Shown: positions 60,090 to 64,000 of the stretch, piece by piece
Layout: each line of letters opens with the position of its first letter
Numbering within the stretch: the stretch's first letter is position 1
NCBI RefSeq assembly: GCF_009914755.1
Contig: NC_060929.1
DNA: 64,000 nucleotides
Direction: 5' to 3' (one strand)
From: the human T2T-CHM13v2.0 reference genome, Homo sapiens
Made by a program: the position numbers and the translations under genes
Notes under the pieces: model-generated
The model's input: only the letters and a program-made list of their open reading frames with translations
Database searches by the model: none
Told to the model about the DNA's origin: nothing

Positions 60090-63000
60090 TTTTTTTTATT
60101 TCCCACTTTTATTTTAAGTTCAAGGGTACATGTGCAGGATGTATAGGTTTGTTACATAGGTAAAGGTGTGCCAAGGTGTTTTTTGCACAGATCATCCCAT
60201 CACCTAGGTATTAAGCCAAGCATCCGTTAGCTATTCTTCCTGACGCTCTCCCTCCCCTGACTCCCTGCCCTCCAATAGACCCAAAAGTGTATTGTTCCCC
60301 ACCATGTGTTGATGTATTCTCATCATTCAGCTACAGCTTATGAGAACATGTGGTATTTGGTTTTCTGTTCCTGCGATAGTTTTCTGAGGATAATGGCTTC
60401 CAGCATCCATATTCCTGCAAAGGACATGATCTCATTCCTTGTTATGGCTGCATAGTATTCCATGGTGTATATGGACCACATTTTCTATATCAAGTCCACT
60501 GTTGATGAGAATACAGGTTGATTCCAAGTCTTTCCTATTGTGAATAGTGCTACAGTGAACATATTTGTGCATGTATCTTTATAATAGAATGATTTATTTT
60601 CCTTTGTGTATATACCTAGTAATGGGATTGCTGGGTCAAATGGTATTTCTGCCTCTAGATCTCAAATTTAGATTCCCACCAACCGTATAAATGTGCTCCT
60701 TTTTTTTCACAACTTCTCCAGCATCTATTGTTTCTTGACTTTAAAATAATAGCCATTCTAATTGGTGTGAGGTGGTATCTCATCATGGTCTTCATTTGCA
60801 TTTCTCTAATGATCAGTGCTGTTGACCTTTTTTTCATATGTTTGTTGGCCACATGTATGTTTTACTTTGGGGAGTATCTGTTCCTGTTCCTTGTCCATTT
60901 TTAAGGAGATTTTTTTTCCTTGTAAATTTATATAAGTTTATTGTAGATGGTGGATATTAGACCTTTGTCAGATAGACTGCAAAAATTTTCTTTTGTAGGT
61001 TGTCTGTTCACTCTGATGATAGTTTATTTTGCTGTGCAGAAGCTCTTTAGTTTAATTACATTACATTTGTCAATTTCTGCTAGTGTTGCAATTGCTTTTG
61101 TCGTCTTCATCATGAAATCTTTGTCCGTGACTATGTCCTGAATGGTATTACCTAGATTTTTTCTAGGATTTTTATAGTTTTGAGTTTTACATTTAAGCCT
61201 TTAATCCATCTGGAGTTGATTTTTTATAGGGTCTACAAAAGGAGTCCAGTTTTGATTTTCTGCATATGGTTAGCCAGTTCTCCCAGCACCATTTCTTAAA
61301 TAGGAATTTTCCCCGTAGCTTGTTTTCGTGAAGTTCATCAAAGATCAGATGGCTATAGGTGTGCAGTCTTATTTCTGGGTTCTCTATTCTGTTCCATTGG
61401 TTTATGTGTCTGTTTTTGTACCAGTACCATGCAGTTTTGGTTACTGTAGCCTTGTAGTATTGTTTGAAGTTGGGTAGCATGATGCTTCCAGCATTTTTCT
61501 TTTTGCTTAGGATTGTCATGACTATTCAGGCACTTTTCTGGTTTCATACAAATTTTAAATTAGTTTTTTCTAATACTGTGAAGAATGTCAATGGTAGTTT
61601 AATGGGAATAGCATTGAATCTATACATTTCTTTGGGTAGTATGGCCATTTTCATGATATTGATTCGTCCTCTTCATGAGCATAAAATGTTCTTCCATTTG
61701 TTTGTGTCATCTCTAATCTCTCTGAGCAGCGGTTTGTAGTTCTCCTTGAAGAGGTCCTTTAGTTCACTTGTTAGCTGCATTCCTAGGTATTTTATTCTTT
61801 TTGTGGCAATTGCGAATGGGAGTTCATTCATGATTTGGCCCTCGACTTGCCTGTTGTTGGTGTATAGAAATGCTAGCAATATTTGAACATTAATTTTGTA
61901 ACCTGAGACTTTTCTGAAGTTGCGTATCAGCTTAGGAAGCTTTTGGGTCGAGATGATGGGTTTTTCTAGATATAGAATCATGTCATCTGCAAACAAAGAT
62001 TGTTTGACTTTCTCTCTTCTTATTGAAATACCCTATATTTATTTCTCTTGCCTGATTACTCTGGCCAGAATCTCCAATACTATGTTGAATAGGAGTGGTG
62101 AAAGCGGGCATATTTTTCTTGTGCTGGTTTTCAAGGGGAATGCTTTCAGTTGTTGCCCATTCATTATGATATTGGCTGTGGGTTTGTCATATAGGGTTCT
62201 CATTATTTGGAGGTATGTTCCTTCAATACCTAGTTTATTGAGATTTTTTAACATGAAGAGCTGTTGAATTTTATCAAAGGCCTTTTCTGCATCTATTAAG
62301 ATAATCATGTGTTTTTTTATCTTTAGTTCTGTTCAAATGATAAATCACATTTATTGATTTGTGTATGCTGAACCAAACTTGTATCCCAGGGATGAAGCCT
62401 ACTTAATTGTAATGGGTAAGTTTTTTAATATGCTGCTGGATTAGGCTTGCCAATATTTTGTTGGGAATTTTTGCTCACCAAAAATGTTAGCCTAATATTT
62501 TTTTTTATCTCTGCCAGGTTTTGGTATCAGGCTGATGCTTATCTCACAGAATGAGTTAGGGAGGAGTCCCTTCTTTTCAATTTGTTGGGAATAGTTTTAT
62601 TAGAACTGGTATCAGCTTTTCTTTTTGCCTCTGGTAGAATTCAGCTGTGAATCCATCTGGTCCTAGGCTTTTTTACATTGGTAGGCTATCTATTACTGGC
62701 TCAATTTCAAAACTCATTATTGGTATATTCAGATATTTAACTTCATCCTGGTTCAGTCTTGGGAGGGTGTATGTGTCCAGGAATTTATCTATTTTTTCTA
62801 GATTTTCTAGTTTATATACATAGAAGTGTTTATAGTATTCTTTGTTGGTTGTTTGTGTTTTTTTGGGGTCAGTAGTAATATCATCCTTATCATTTCTGAT
62901 TGTGTTTATTTGAATCTTCTCTCTTTTCTTCTTTATTAGTCTTATTAGCGGTCTATTTTATTAAGTTTTTCAAAAGAGCAGCTCCTAGATTTATTTATTT

Positions 63001-63490
63001 TCTAAAGGGTGTGTGTGTGTGTGCGTGTGTGTGTGCGTGTGTGTGCGTGTGTGTGTGTGTGTGTGTGTCCTTCAGTTTAGCTGTGATCTTGGTTATTTCT
63101 TGTTTTCTGCTAGCTTTGGGGTTCGTTTGCTCTTGGTTCTCTAGTTCTTTTAGTTGTGATGCTAGGTTATTGACTACATATCTTTCTGGCTTTTTGAGGT
63201 AAGCATTTAGTACTATAAATTTATCTTTTAACACTGCTTTAGCTGTGTCCCAGAGATTCTGGTAAATTGTCTCTTTGTTCTCATTAGAACTTCTTGATTT
63301 CTGCCTTAATGTCATTATTTACCGAAGAGTCATTCAGGAGCAGGTCATTCAATTTCTATGTAGTTGTGTGGTTTTGAGTGAATTTCTTAATCTTGAGGTC
63401 TAATTAGATTGTGCAGTGGTCTGAGAGACTGTTTTCTATGATTTCAGAATTTGCATTTGCTGAGGAGTGCTTTACTTCCAAATATGTGAT
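60090..63490 (-). mobile_element. L1PA12/13-like LINE-1 (3' end through ORF2), abutting the 5'UTR of the L1MA
   Basis: T-tail plus cagatcatcccatcacctaggtattaagcc..ttagctattcttcctga; minus-strand ORFs with [10 protein letters not shown] and [15 protein letters not shown]. Confidence 0.9.
63009..63068. repeat. (TG)n microsatellite with interspersed CG, 60 bp
   Basis: Unbroken purine/pyrimidine alternation; source of the HTHTH and CVCVC ORF artefacts. Confidence 0.95.
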
Positions 63491-63520
63491 TCATTGTATT
63501 TTTATTTTTTTATAGGCTAC

Positions 63521-64000
63521 TTTTTTTTTTTAATACTTTAAGTTCTGGGATACATGTGCAGAGCATGCAGGTTTGTTACATAGGTATACACGTGCCATGG
63601 TGGTTGATCCACCCATCAACCCATCACCTACATTAGGTATTTCTCCTAATGCTATCCCTCCCCTAGCCCCCACCCTCCAACAGGCCCCGGTGTGTGATGT
63701 TCCCTCCCTGTGTCCATGTGTTCTTATTGTTCAACTCCCACTTAGTGAGAACATGCAGTGTTTGGTTTACTGTTCCTGTGTTAGTTTCCTGAGAATGATG
63801 GCTTCCAGCTTCATCCATGTCCCTGCAAAGGACATGAACTCATCCTTTCTTATGGCTGCATAGTATTCCATGGTGTATATATGCCACATTTGCTTTATCC
63901 AGTCTATCATTGATGGGCATTTAGGTTGGTTCCAAGACTTTGCTCTTGTGAACAGTGCTGCAATAAACATATGTGTGCTTGTGTCTTTATAGTAGAATAA
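63521..64000 (-). mobile_element. L1PA7-like 3' end, continuing past the window
   Basis: T11 plus aatactttaagttctgggatacatgtgcag..ctacattaggtatttctcctaatgctatccctcccctagcc. Confidence 0.9.

Overview
AT-rich primate (human/great-ape-like) genomic DNA made up almost entirely of transposable-element fossils. I find no intact host protein-coding gene, RNA gene or CRISPR array, and the long ORFs in the track are all pieces of LINE-1 ORF1/ORF2 or MaLR internal sequence. Main elements: a full-length but inactivated L1PA2-like LINE-1 with a 14-bp TSD inside a Zaphod-like hAT transposon, three complete two-LTR MaLR proviruses (MSTA, THE1A/B, THE1D) with perfect 5-bp TSDs, several older and nested L1s, solo MLT1/MLT2 LTRs, a few Alus, and L2/MIR relics. 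The most notable observations are small-scale. These are (i) three fold-back inverted duplications, one a 53-bp-arm hairpin whose loop holds GGTTAGGGTTAG, 150 bp downstream of a THE1D LTR with a consensus DUX4 motif; (ii) a T25-strengthened splice acceptor plus AATAAA that could form a terminal exon in THE1D; (iii) an ancient ERVL-class pol (RT + RNase H) fossil, absent from the ORF track and split by the THE1A/B insertion; (iv) a 39-nt tail-less Alu fragment between 11-bp direct repeats; and (v) a G-quadruplex/GC-box expansion in an MLT2 LTR. Subfamily names come from recalled consensus features, not from a search. I cannot support a claim of a new multi-gene system.
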